A stretch of 64,000 nucleotides of DNA from Leptogorgia sarmentosa. Its lineage: Eukaryota. How positions within the stretch are numbered: the first letter of the stretch is position 1; each line of letters starts with the position of its first letter. Where the stretch lies: NCBI GenBank assembly GCA_964658305.1, contig OZ210885.1, positions 23,870,001-23,934,000 of the forward strand. The letters are read 5' to 3'. Below the pieces are notes generated by a model. That model worked only from the letters and a program-made list of their open reading frames with translations, was not told the origin of the DNA and searched no databases. The position numbers and the translations under genes are program-made. This document shows positions 1-11,121 of the stretch, piece after piece.

Positions 1-8
1 ACATAAAA

Positions 9-354
9 TGTAACAGACCGACTGTGCGATATTGTTTATATTGCAATTGCATTACATTATAGCATTTCACTTCCGCTTCTTTCTACCGGAAATAACAACG
101 CAAACTCAAGTTTCGTTCAAAACTCAATTTCTTATGTCTATCTAGCTGCTTTGTGTTATGCACATCGCATAATAATATTTACGTTTATTCAACAAAAATA
201 ATACATATCCAAAACTTAAGAACTACAAAGTTCTCCACAACAACAACATGCTCTAAAAGTACATAAATTATAATATTTAAAGTGACCGGAAGTAAGTAAC
301 ATAACCCAACTGTAAAATAAATTAAATTAAAGCCAAAAGGCAAAGTCCATTACA
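9..354 (-). repeat. 3' LTR of BEL/Pao element 1
   Basis: Bounded by TGTAA (9) and TTACA (354). On the minus strand it is directly preceded by purine-rich GTCGGGAG (PPT-like) just after the pol stop, with AATAAA near 185. No partner LTR in the window. Confidence 0.65.
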
Positions 355-3030
355 CTCCCGACGTTGATCACGTCCAGTGATCAAATCGATTAGCTGTTCG
401 ATTGTCGCAAAAGTTCTCCAATCACAGCAGCAGTTCTTCTTGGTCGTTTTCGAGTCTTATCTTCTTCCACTGTATCTTTACTCTCACTCATAAATTGGGG
501 AACCGTTGCCGTATCTGGACCCATTGTCAGTTCCAAAGGTATTAAGTGTTGAACTGGTCGATGTAACTCAGTCAATCGACGTTTCGTAGGATTAACCATG
601 CAAACCTTCGCAGCTCTAATCACACCGTCTTGGCTTGCGACAAGCCCCTTTACTCTTGCCAATTTCCACAAGACTTGAGGGGTAAGATCGTTTTTTAACA
701 CAACTATGTCACCGACGGCGATTATCTGTCCTTCGGGTCCATGAAGCAAGCGTGAAGTCTCTCGTATACTTAAGAGGTATTCATTTCACTGCTCCAATAA
801 TCGTTTCTGATTTCTTGCTTTCCTGGTTAACTATCGGTTTGTACTGATGATTTCGAACTGTCGTTCGTATAAGTTAGGGGACGATTGTTAATCGTAACAA
901 AGTTCATCACTGTCCTCGTTCCAACTAATTCCCAAAATTTTGACACAACTTCGCTTAGATGAGGAATGATTTTGTGACAATCGACGTGGCAAGGTGGTCT
1001 TGACTATCGTTTCTCCTGAACTTGTATCGGACTTCTGTGGACTCAAGTCGCAAATTGGGTCGTCTTCACCACGGGATGTAGTACGCTCGTCGTCGTCGCT
1101 GATGACAGTTCAAATGTGCGGCGAACTTGCCGTTCAAATATGCCACTTTCGAAGCTTGAATCCTCCTCTGCTCATTATGTCTTGAGATTGTCGATATACA
1201 CGTAAAGCCTTGTTATCGCTATTAGCTCCACCCGCGAAATCATCGACATACAGTGACCCGAGTAGTAACGAGACTGTCTCTGGATCAAATTCTTCGTATT
1301 TCGAAAGGTGGTGACGAATAATGGTGGATAAAATAGCAGGACTTGGGGTTAAACCAAATGGCAGCCGTCGAAACTCGTATTCCTTTGGAGTGAGGTGTTC
1401 TTGGGTGATATCATCAAACCAAAGAAACTTCAACATCTTTCTATCCTAAGGAGCGATTTGAACTTGATGGGATGCCTTTTCAATATCGGCGACAAGTCCG
1501 ATGGGATAGCCTCTAAAATTGATGACGGTATCAGATAAATGTGGGACTAAATTCAGACCCTTCTCCAGACAAGCATTCAATGACGGATCATCTTTTGTGC
1601 CCTTCGCTGAACCATCAAAGACCACTCTAAGCTTTGCGGTTTCTTTGTCTTCCCGAATTACGCCATGATGAGGTAGATAATAACTGGTTTCATCTGGACC
1701 AGTCACTGAATCGATAATTCCCATTTTCTCTTGATCCTTAATGATTCTGTCATATTCTTGCAATACGAGTTTGTCTTTATCGAGACGAGACTTCAGTTGA
1801 TGTAGATGTTTCAGGCACAAACCATAACTGCTCGATCGGGGAATAACGTCAGTTTTCCAGGGTAGATTCACTTCGTATGTTTTTTCGTCCTCGAGATATT
1901 GTATATTCTTCAGAAACTCGTTATCACTCGACTCTTCATGGGATTCTTGAATGCCCATGGATTCTATCTCCCAAAACCGATTCAAGCACTTCGACAGATC
2001 AAATTCTTCACTCAACTGAAACGGAAATGGTGTAGAAGAACAATGTTCCTCGATGAGCAAGTTAACGCTTGAGACCTTCGACTTCGATTCAACGTCATTC
2101 GTCCGTCCGGTAATAACCCAACCAAATTCACTATTAATGGCAACAGCTCCACCTTCGCCTCGTATCATCTCACCAGTCAGAATGTCGAAATAGTAATCAG
2201 CTCCAATGAGAATGTCAATATCGCCGACCGTCTCTCGTCCTGCAAGGATGTTAATATCAGAAAGCTGCAGGTCCTGCAAATGGGGATACAGGCTCAGATC
2301 GATGGTCGTCGTCAACGGAGAGCAGATCTTCGGAAAACAAAGAGCTGTCATATCTCGACTACCGTTGTTTCCTGTTAAGGACAATTGGGCCACATCGCAT
2401 TGTTGTTTGGTAAAATGCTCATTACCAAAGGTGTTTAGATTGAGTGTTTCTGTTCTAACGGGAACTAGTCCAAGTCGTTTCTTTAACGAGTTTGTAATGT
2501 AAGTACGCTGGCTACCGCTGGCGAGAGGAACTTCCTCCATGTGCGGATGTCACAGCGGTTTGTAACAGGACTTTATTCCGAGTTTTGATCGTGCTTGTCG
2601 TTGAGATCTCGTCTCCATCAACCATTGTTGCCGTCCGAGCGTTGTTGGCCTCGTTTGATTTATTTGGCTCTTCGACAATGGTCTGAGGTTTGGATTCAGG
2701 GATATTCTTTGGTGGTGGTGGTTGATAAGGTGCTTTAGTTACTTCACAAATCGATTGGTGATGACCCCCATGACACCGTCTACAATTCTTCCTCGACTCG
2801 CACCTCGTACTGCGATGTCCAACTCCCAGGCATATAAAACAGCGATTATCTCTCTTTAATATATTTTTGCGATCATTCGGATTTATAACTCGGTCACATG
2901 ACGCTGAGAAGTGGTGCTCTTTACAGTAAACACACTGAATATGTTTAGAATTAGAGTGAAGGCGATGTTTCGATGGGATTTTTGCGAAAATGTGAAGTGT
3001 AGTGTTTAAGTACGACGCTTTAGGCAAACA
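355..3030 (-). mobile_element. BEL/Pao LTR retrotransposon 1, decayed, 5'-truncated and internally deleted
   Basis: ORF 2512-3027 has BEL gag knuckles (CVYCKEHHFSASC, CFICLGVGHRSTRC, CRRCHGGHHQSIC). 1446-2540 has protease-region ILIGADY and YLPHHGV..KLRVVFD. 1134-1436 has RT LPFGL/YVDD. 390-749 is the integrase C-terminal tail. RNase H and the integrase core are largely missing. Confidence 0.92.
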
Positions 3031-3843
3031 ATCTTGACTTTGCAGGTCCCTGTCAATGTGCAGTTGTAATTTAACAAAGCATTTGAAACAGCAGTGTGCT
3101 GTTTTACTTTTATCGACGTTTCGATTTGTAAATTGCTCTTGATCTATTGCGCAACATGAAATGCGTACAGAGCACTGTACAGATGCCCCACTCTATGAGC
3201 GGTTTTGTCACAGCACTCTATATAAAAACTGGATACTTTCTGTTGAAGTAGCCCAATCAGCAGCAAGATGCTTTTGTTTTCCTGTTCGCAGGTTAAATCT
3301 AATCATATTTAAGATGGCGGTTCAAAATTGAAATAAGGCCAAAACGATATAATTAAATAATTTATTGACATTTACTTGTGATATTAGGTAATCTCACAAT
3401 ATTCATTACAAAGCCATAGTTTTATGCATATTGGAGGCACAAAGAAAGTTTTTTTTGAAGGAATTTCCTCGTATTTTTCACGAAGGAGGAAGGTGAGAAA
3501 TGTTGTATTTGATAAGACAGCACAGTGATTGAGGAAATCTGTTTGAGTATAGTTCTAGGTTTTAATCTTTTGTGCTAATATATCGTTTAGTTATTTAGTA
3601 TATAAATCTAGGGATTTATTAATGGTTAGCGTTAGCTTTGGGGTTCGATTAGTTTCATATTTAGGGTTAGCTTTACCTTTAGTTTAGGTTCATTTATTGT
3701 TTGCAAACCAATACTTTAGTGATAAATTTAGGGGCAACCTGGATTTTTTAGCATGTCTGATTGCGCTTTCCGACGACTCATCCGTCAGTTCTGCTTCACC
3801 ATTCCCAGATACATGTGCGCTTTGCGAACCTATTTTTATACTA

Positions 3844-4479
3844 ATGGTGGTTTCTTCTACGCACATAGTTATACATTGTAGTTTTCACGGCAGGGATTCC
3901 ACCAAATGTGGCTTTTCTACTTTAAGTGGAAGAAATGACCACGTTTCTTTGGTTGATTGCAATGATGATATGACTAATCATTTATCAGCTTGTCATTTGT
4001 CCAAGAGTTGCCTGAAGGAACACGAAGTCATACTCCCACGTGCCGGAATATTCAGGTGGACAGAGAGACAGATAAAGCAAATGGTGATATGTCCCAAACA
4101 CAGAGACCATTATGGGAAATATTGGCATTCAGCCACAACATGCCAATATCCTGGCCATAGAGGCAAATCTCACGCAATCAAACAAGGTCGCAACATGCGC
4201 GTAATCAATTTGGAGACCGCCACACAAACAATGGATATATATGGAGTTTTGGTTTCTATTGGATCTTGTAAGTAAAATAGTACGATTGTATCTCAAATAC
4301 ACATTCCTTTACATTTTTTATTTCATCCTTGTTTTCCACTGATCTCATTTTCTTTTGTCACATTTTTTAGCTATTTGCTCCAGTTGCAGAAGTTTGCACT
4401 CTGGTAAGCTCAAATGCGAAGCAAAATGGGCCGCCCATCAAGCTGCAGAGACCAATGACCGAACAGAAGTTAAAGAGAG
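3844..4479 (+). pseudogene. Spliced 5' exons of a Cys/His-rich protein, probably the N-terminus of a DNA-transposon transposase
   Basis: Motifs ICPKHR..YW..CQYPGH. The GT-AG intron 4268-4370 splices in frame to GSSICSSCR. Next donor at 4480, with no further exons found. Confidence 0.5.
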
Positions 4480-4619
4480 GTTAGTGTCATTTGTTGTAAA
4501 TTTACCTTAACACTTGCATTGCAGTAAGGATGCTGTAAGTATAATGGCAAATGGCATTCATAGACATAAATGGGGAAAATATAAAACAGATAAAAGGCAA
4601 CAAGAACTTAAGAACAAAT

Positions 4620-4830
4620 TATCTAATAATGAAATATCAACGCCAATAATGAAATATAAACTGACATAATGAACATCAAATGACAAAATGAAATATCGAG
4701 TTACATAATAAAATACCAACTGAGATAATGAAATATCAACTGGCATAATGAAATAATATCAACTGATACAATAAAAAGCCAAAAGACGTAATGAAATACC
4801 AAATGACATAATGAAATGTCAAACGGTAAA
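4620..4830. repeat. Degenerate ~20-bp tandem repeat (ATAATGAAATATCAACTGAC-like)
   Basis: About 10 imperfect copies of ataatgaaatatcaa/aatgac visible directly. Confidence 0.8.
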
Positions 4831-5059
4831 ATATAATGTGGCGCTGCACATCAGAATACCAAACAGTTAAACAATGTAAATTTGAATTTTGGCGGAAATC
4901 ACCCCTCATATGATGTGGATGATGCCAGAATGTGGCGACCGGTTAGCTTGAAACGCAACACAATACACAAACTCATGCAACCATTGACGTGCTGCTATTA
5001 GTACATGTATACACTATATCTACAGTATTATCAGTTTTAATTTATATATTAGTCATCAC

Positions 5060-5625
5060 TATAATCTTTATTGTCTATAAGACGGCCGAGAATTTTAATC
5101 AAGTGAATCCACCATGTTTCAGCTGCTGAAAATAAACAGAACCACGTAGGTTTACCAAGCTGATGAATCATGCAAATAGATCTTTTTTACACCTCTCAAA
5201 ATATGGAGGTGATCCGCGTAAGTTTCTTAAAACTCTAAATCCTTCATCCAAATTTATCAACTTGTTGACACAACTTTCTGACTTTAAATCTCCAGCAGTG
5301 TATGTTTTACCTTTAGTTTTACATTTACGCAATGATAAACTTGCACTTCCTTGAATTTGTCTGATCTGTAATTTCTTTAATTTGTAAAATATGTTTGGCA
5401 CAGACTGAGCGACTCTTCTATCTTTGCTTCTTAATTCCCATTTGCAAATTGTGCTATAGTGAAGAGGCACAAGTCTTTCACTGTTATCAGCTTGACGTTT
5501 GCCACAATAAATAGTGGGAAAAGAAAGAAATTCAGAATCTTTGTCTGCAAAAATACCAAGTGGTCTATTACCTTCTCCTGGTGCAAAACTGATTATCTTA
5601 TCACCATCTTGAGTAATGTGTGGTT
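5060..5625 (-). mobile_element. Helitron/Helentron Rep-helicase fragment (N-terminal to the Rep core)
   Basis: APGEG..P, FLSFPTIYCG, ELRSKDRRVA, RNLRGSPPYFE..KKDLFA, continuing through a stop to QLGKPTWF. These motifs are typical of Helentron-type RepHel proteins. Confidence 0.88.
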
Positions 5626-5630
5626 TTTGT

Positions 5631-5745
5631 AATTGCTGCCGAGCGTAGCGAGGCAGCACACTATTCTTGACACGCGGTGGTTTCCCCAGAGTCTACTCGA
5701 CCCAGTCTTTCGCGCGAGTTATGTATTGCCGAGATCGAGATCTTG

Positions 5746-5777
<32 letters not shown>

Positions 5778-5780
5778 CAT
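5631..5780 (+). mobile_element. 5' end of a non-autonomous Helentron (HINE/DINE-1-like) element
   Basis: Hairpin TGCTGCC-GAGCGTAGCGA-GGCAGCA (5634-5658) followed by (TGTC)8 at 5746-5777. This is the subterminal IR plus GTCY microsatellite layout. Confidence 0.6.
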
Positions 5781-6069
5781 AAAGATGTTTGTCGTATCCG
5801 GGGGCATAATTAGGCTTCAGGGACGTTTGTTAAAAGAGGGGAGCGGTCAGAATAATTAAGCTTGAAGTACGTAAACAAGATATTGTATTGCGCACGCGGC
5901 ACGTATCTCCATGTGCGTCAAGAATCGAAAGGTTTTTACAAAAGCGTTTCATACGGATGCAAGATTGTGCTAATGTTTTATGCGACGTGGTTGGGTAATT
6001 TGGCATTTATGGCGATCACACATCAATGATGCAAGCAATGTTCAGAATGCTAGCCCTAATAGACTGTTA

Positions 6070-6509
6070 GGGTTAGTAACTGCGGGATGTAAAAGAACAT
6101 ATAGCAAATTAAAAATAATCAAAAACCATTTAAGAACCAGAATGTCCAACTCTAGGTTAAAATTCTTAACAGTAATCAGCATTTACAGAAAAAGAGCACT
6201 AAGTATTGATTTGGAAAAGGTTGTGGATAGGTTTATTCAAAAGTTTCTGAGGTGCCAAATTATACACTTGTCTAAATGGCATTAGAATTTGTTATACACT
6301 ATAGCCGTAAAAGTGTATTTAAAAATGTTAAGTTTACATTATGCTTGTTCACATTGTTGATTATGAATGATTATGTTGTGTCATCATACATATTTAATAA
6401 CGGCATGGGCAAATAACAGTACCTTTAAAAATTCTATTTTGCCCCTCCAAAATATGACTTTGCCCCTCAAATGCCCCCCCCCCAATTCTGAGGCCTGGCG
6501 CCACCACTG
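6070..6509 (+). mobile_element. hAT transposon 3' end (dimerisation domain and terminal repeat)
   Basis: CKRTYSKLKIIKNHLRTRMSNSRLKFL..ISI resembles the hATC motif ERxFSxLK.IK..LRS.M...RL. Ends in CCTGGCGCCACCACTG (reverse complement CAGTGGTGGCGCCAGG) with GCCCC subterminal motifs. Confidence 0.8.
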
Positions 6510-6511
6510 TC

Positions 6512-6750
6512 AGTAGCGTTATAATTGATTGTGTCGGACCTTTGTCTGAAACCAAAAAAGGTAACCAATATTTGTTGACAACAAAGGATCAAATTTTATA
6601 TCTGGAATTTTTTCAATAAGTTATGCGCGGGTTGTCTTCAGTGACCATAACCCGTTGGTTTTTCTTCACAAGCTCAAAGATAGAAGTCAACAAGTTTTAC
6701 ATTAGAGTTTGTTGTTACAAGAGTACAACCTGTTGATAAAACTCATAAAC
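6512..6750 (+). mobile_element. Collapsed Gmr1-like Gypsy pol remnant
   Basis: Integrase IIDCVGPL..TKKGNQYLLT and QGSNF.SG come before RNase H VFSDHNPLVFL..SLLLQEY. Confidence 0.7.
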
Positions 6751-7698
6751 CCCCTCATTACCTCGGGTCGGTACGACACCGAGGTCATAAATTCGGCTCG
6801 TTTTTTGTGTTTGTGTAGAACCGCGCACTTAGTCAAGGGCCTGTGAAAGAGTCTATAACTTCCGGCGGCAAATCAGTACAACTTCCGGCCAAACCGCCAA
6901 AGAGAGCCAAACGATGCGAAGCAGAACCCGATTTTTAACATGCATGTTTACCTGGATAAGTATAGTCAGGTATATGTTGAAATCATGTAAAATATCTCGT
7001 ATATACATATACATGGCATATATATGTATATACGGCGGCCAACTTTATGATCAATTTGTTGAATTTCCACTTCAGTCGTATCATAGTTTAAATTCTATTG
7101 TATAGCTGCATCCGTTGGCATCAGAAGTTCAGAACGCCATGAAATTTGCCACAATGTTCTCAAAGTGCATTCCCGGTCGATTGACGGAATTAGATATTTT
7201 GATTTTGAGAACATTTGCAAGCAATTTTACATTTCGACAACGTTCGACAAGGACCCAAGAGCAAGTGGTTTGAAATGAAACTTCAAACTGCTTGCGGGCG
7301 AGTCAGAGTGGTTTGCTTCTCGTTTTATATATATGTAAACATTTTAAATCTTAATTAACTGAAATCCATGGATGAAATACCGAATACAGTAGACCAATCC
7401 GAGGTTAACCCCTAGCGGGCATCTTGTTTTTTATTAAATGACTTATTTTATACCATATACCCCCTGTTGCCCCCCTCACAATGTTGGGCAAACCTAATTA
7501 ACATGGTAATTATCATATATCCAACATAGAATAGCATCACTGCAGAGTGCAATTCAGAATATAATAAAGAAATACAGAAATATAAAGTTACGATTGAAGA
7601 CATATTCACCAGTTGAAGAAGAGTTTTATAAGTAATATACTTTACAAGAGGAGTTGATCTCGAAGATTTACAGAGTTGTGCTCAGACAGAGAAAGATA

Positions 7699-7898
7699 CA
7701 GTACTGTGCAAAAGTTATAGGCACCTCGTGAATGGGCATTTGACGCCATCTGATTGTAAACTTATACGATGCAAAAGTTATAGGCACCTTGTGAAAAAGC
7801 ATTTGACGCCATCTTATTGTAAACTTATACGAAAAGTTTAGAATAAGATGGCGTCAAATGCTTTTTCACGAGGTGCCTATAACTTTTGCACAGTACTG
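7699..7898. mobile_element. Tc1/mariner-type MITE (200 bp)
   Basis: TIR CAGTACTGTGCAAAAGTTATAGGCACC at both ends, TA on both flanks. Nearly fully palindromic, with an internal ~62-bp tandem duplication. Confidence 0.92.
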
Positions 7899-8469
7899 TA
7901 AGTTTGAACAATTGGTTTTATCATACAATATAGTGACCCTATTGGTTTTATCATACAATATAGAGATGTGACCGGTTTGTACGGGGTCTGGGCGTATCCC
8001 CTGGAAAATGTTTGAAAATTAGGGCTGTCAAACAGCATTTCCTGCGTTTTGGGGGCACTAGTTTGACAATATCAGCAATATGAAAAAGCATGTTTTTAAA
8101 AAATCTTTTTTACCACTAGAGAATCAGACAACTTGTTCAATATGGAATAAAATAGAATAAACTTTAGTTAATATATATACGTATCGTACATTATAGGTAA
8201 GTTATTATTTCAAAGCGTTATTCATGTGAGCAAACAACGTTTAACAAATGCATCCGTTTGGGATATGCACATGCAAAGTTATCAATAGATAGTTTTTTTT
8301 ATTGAATGTTAGTTACATTGCAGGTACAGCTGAATTGCATAACTTTACAATTATAAAAAAGTCTTACAATATTGATATAATACTACATAAGAATACTAAA
8401 ATTTATCTTAATTTACGATTATGTACAGATAAACCACTAACTATATACAAGTATTGAAATCACCTCACT

Positions 8470-10470
8470 ATATGTCATCATAAAGCTTACTACTATGCAT
8501 TATGAAAGACTGAGCATAGCGTTTAGTCTTTGCAGTTGGAATATTAAAAGTTCAACATTTCCTAAAATAATATTTGGCATTGTTATTTCTCTGCGGTAGT
8601 AGAGCATGCAGTTTGTTTTCAGAGTCACTTACAATTGACCTAAAGAGTGATTTAGATAAAGATTCGTGGTGGTCATGTATAGATGCTAGGCCAGCAAGCA
8701 ATAGGGCATCTTCGTAACGCCTTGCTGGGTAAATGCAGGCTAGTGCTCTTTTCTGGATCCTCTCCAGATCTTCTTGGAGATAATTTGGGAGTGAGTAGTG
8801 GAATACAGGGCATGCGTAATCGATTGCAGAACGGATACATGCACAGTATTAGGCGACTATTTCTCTTGCTGGGACTTTCGCTCTCTTAAGCTGCACAAGA
8901 AAATACTGCTTGCGAGATGCTTTCTTTACTATTTGCTCGATATGATCATTCCACGTAAGGGTGCTGTTAATCGTTACGCCTAGTAGCTTTACCTTGCTCA
9001 CTGGGGTAATAGTAGACCCCTCAACATTGACTGGAGATGGCAAATTCCGAGACCGACTGAAGGAAATAAGTAGCTCTTTACATTTCTTGCAGTTAAGTTG
9101 AAGCATGTTCCTTTTTGACCATTCAGATACCTGATCGACAGCTAATTGAGCGTCACTTAAGTCTTTATTTTTGGCAATTAATTCAGATACAGTCGTGTCG
9201 TCAACATATTTCCACATATCGAAGGGGTCTCCAGAAATTGAAAGATCGTTAATCATTATCAGAAACAGCCAGGGGCCCAACTTCGTACCTTGAGGAACTC
9301 CTGCAGGCACGACACCCCACTCTGAGAAACAGTCCTGTTCCAGTTTAACCCTCTGAGATCATCCCGATAGAAAACTCATGATCCAATTGATGATGCTGTT
9401 GGGAATGTCCAATTGACGAAGTTTCTCAATAAGGGTAGAGTGGTCTATCAGATCGAAAGCTTTCCGATAATCGAATAACAAAACTCTAATTGATGAGCCA
9501 GTGCCGTCAGACTCTTTTAGCCACTTGTGGACCATGCTAATTAAGGCCATAACCGTTGAAGTACCTGGGATTGTTCCAAATTGATTGGGATCTATTATTC
9601 TGGTCACAGCAGGTTTAATGTAATCAGCTACAATGAATTCTTCTGCCACTTTTGATAGGGAACAGGTTAAGGAAATTGGTCTAATTTCCGATTGGGGGTT
9701 CATGACTCGTTTGACTTTAGGAAGCGGGCATATGTCAGCCAATTTCCAAACCCTAGGAAGACTTTGGTCCTTAAAAGATGAATTCAAAATATTAGCAACT
9801 GGTTCCGCCAAAATCTCAGCATACTCCTTGAACGACCAGTTAGGTTATCCATCAGGGCCAGGAACTTTATACTTGTTTAACCGTGATAGGTGGGTGTAAA
9901 CGCGTTCGACCGACACCTCTGGTATCACATCTAGTTCTTCCCCTGGCAAGTTGACAGTACTAGGATTGAGGGGGTTGTATTCCTGCAGAGGTTCAAGAAG
10001 GGAGGCATTAGTAGCATCAGCTATTTCCTTGTGGGACAAATTATCAAATCCAGGGACATTAAGACTACTCATCAAATTAATGCTATTTACGGATCCACTT
10101 ATTTTTTTAACTTCTTTCCACCACTGACGGGGGTTGGCCCCTTTCAAATCTTGGACTTTTGAGGCATAATATTTAGCTTTGCACAATTTCCTTTCTCTGT
10201 TGACGGCGTTGCGGTAAAACTTGAATTGAATACTATTCTTGTTGGAGCAGAAGGCTACTTGTCTCTTACGTATTAGATCTTTTAGCTTAGTGGACATCCA
10301 TGGGGAGTTGTTGGTGTGGACTTTGATCACTTTCTCTGGCATGATATGATTCAGACCAATTTTTATTAGGTCAGTTAAAAAATCTAATTTTCCCGTACAG
10401 TTGACTTTGTTATTGATAGTAGCCCAGTCTATGCTACTTAAATATCGCCCAAGTGCGGCCCTGTTGCTTG
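8470..10470 (-). mobile_element. 5'-truncated CR1-group (L2/Crack/Daphne-like) LINE, RT pseudogene
   Basis: ORFs 9845-10342, 9359-9811 and 8849-9310 carry PGPDG, RPISLT, DYRKAFD, GVPQGTKLGPWLF and YVDD, separated by stops. Confidence 0.93.
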
Positions 10471-10509
10471 CTGTAACGAATTTTCTTGAAGACTGACCTT
10501 TTTCTCTTT

Positions 10510-10740
10510 TGTTCTACATCAAAGGTCATGTGCCTATAAACATGAATTAATGCTAAACCAGTCAATCTTTCATTGTCATTGCTGATCTCAACCAAGTTTT
10601 CCATTTCCTTAATGCCGAAATGGACCTTTCACATGTGCACGTTGTGGCTGGAACGATGGCTAAAATATTTAGCATTGTGCTTATATTGGGGTAAAACACT
10701 TCATCTGAATGTAATAGAGTACAGCAATTCTCTTTGGAAT
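10510..10740 (-). mobile_element. hAT transposase C-terminal dimerisation fragment
   Basis: Manual translation gives YPNISTMLNILAIVPATTCTCERSISALRK, then a frameshift, then TWLRSAM..RLTGLALIHV. Confidence 0.8.
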
Positions 10741-10876
10741 GGTTTGTTCCAAGTCAGACTCTCTCAGCTTTCTTGCTTGTTTTTTTAATATGTTTTTAAT
10801 TTACCGCTGTTTGTTTCTGAGATATCCGACCATGTGTTGTATCCCTGCCTTTTGCCCTACCCAGATGAGAAGGTGG

Positions 10877-10994
10877 TGTTATAAAACTCAGTCTTTTGAC
10901 TTGTGTCTTAGACGAGCAAGATTTATTACTGACAAAACAACCTACTTTCTACACAATATATACCCTAATTATGAATAAATTACCATCTATAACA
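10877..10994 (-). repeat. 3' LTR of the complete Gypsy
   Basis: Direct repeat of 15205-15322 with 2 mismatches. PPT adjacent. Confidence 0.97.
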
Positions 10995-11121
10995 TCCTTT
11001 CTTTTATAAAAATAAATAAGTTTTTTCTCTTTTTTTTCAAAAGTTTTCTAATCAAGTTTTTTAAATCCAAATAAATCTAAACATGTCCTAAATAATGTTC
11101 TAATGCTCCTCATCACCGTCT

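Noticed and set aside
3590..3700. TTAGGG-like motifs as an interstitial telomere
   Set aside because: Only scattered degenerate copies, with no tandem array.
4558..4746. Hydrophobic 62-aa ORF (likewise 28067-28316)
   Set aside because: These are translations of tandem repeats.
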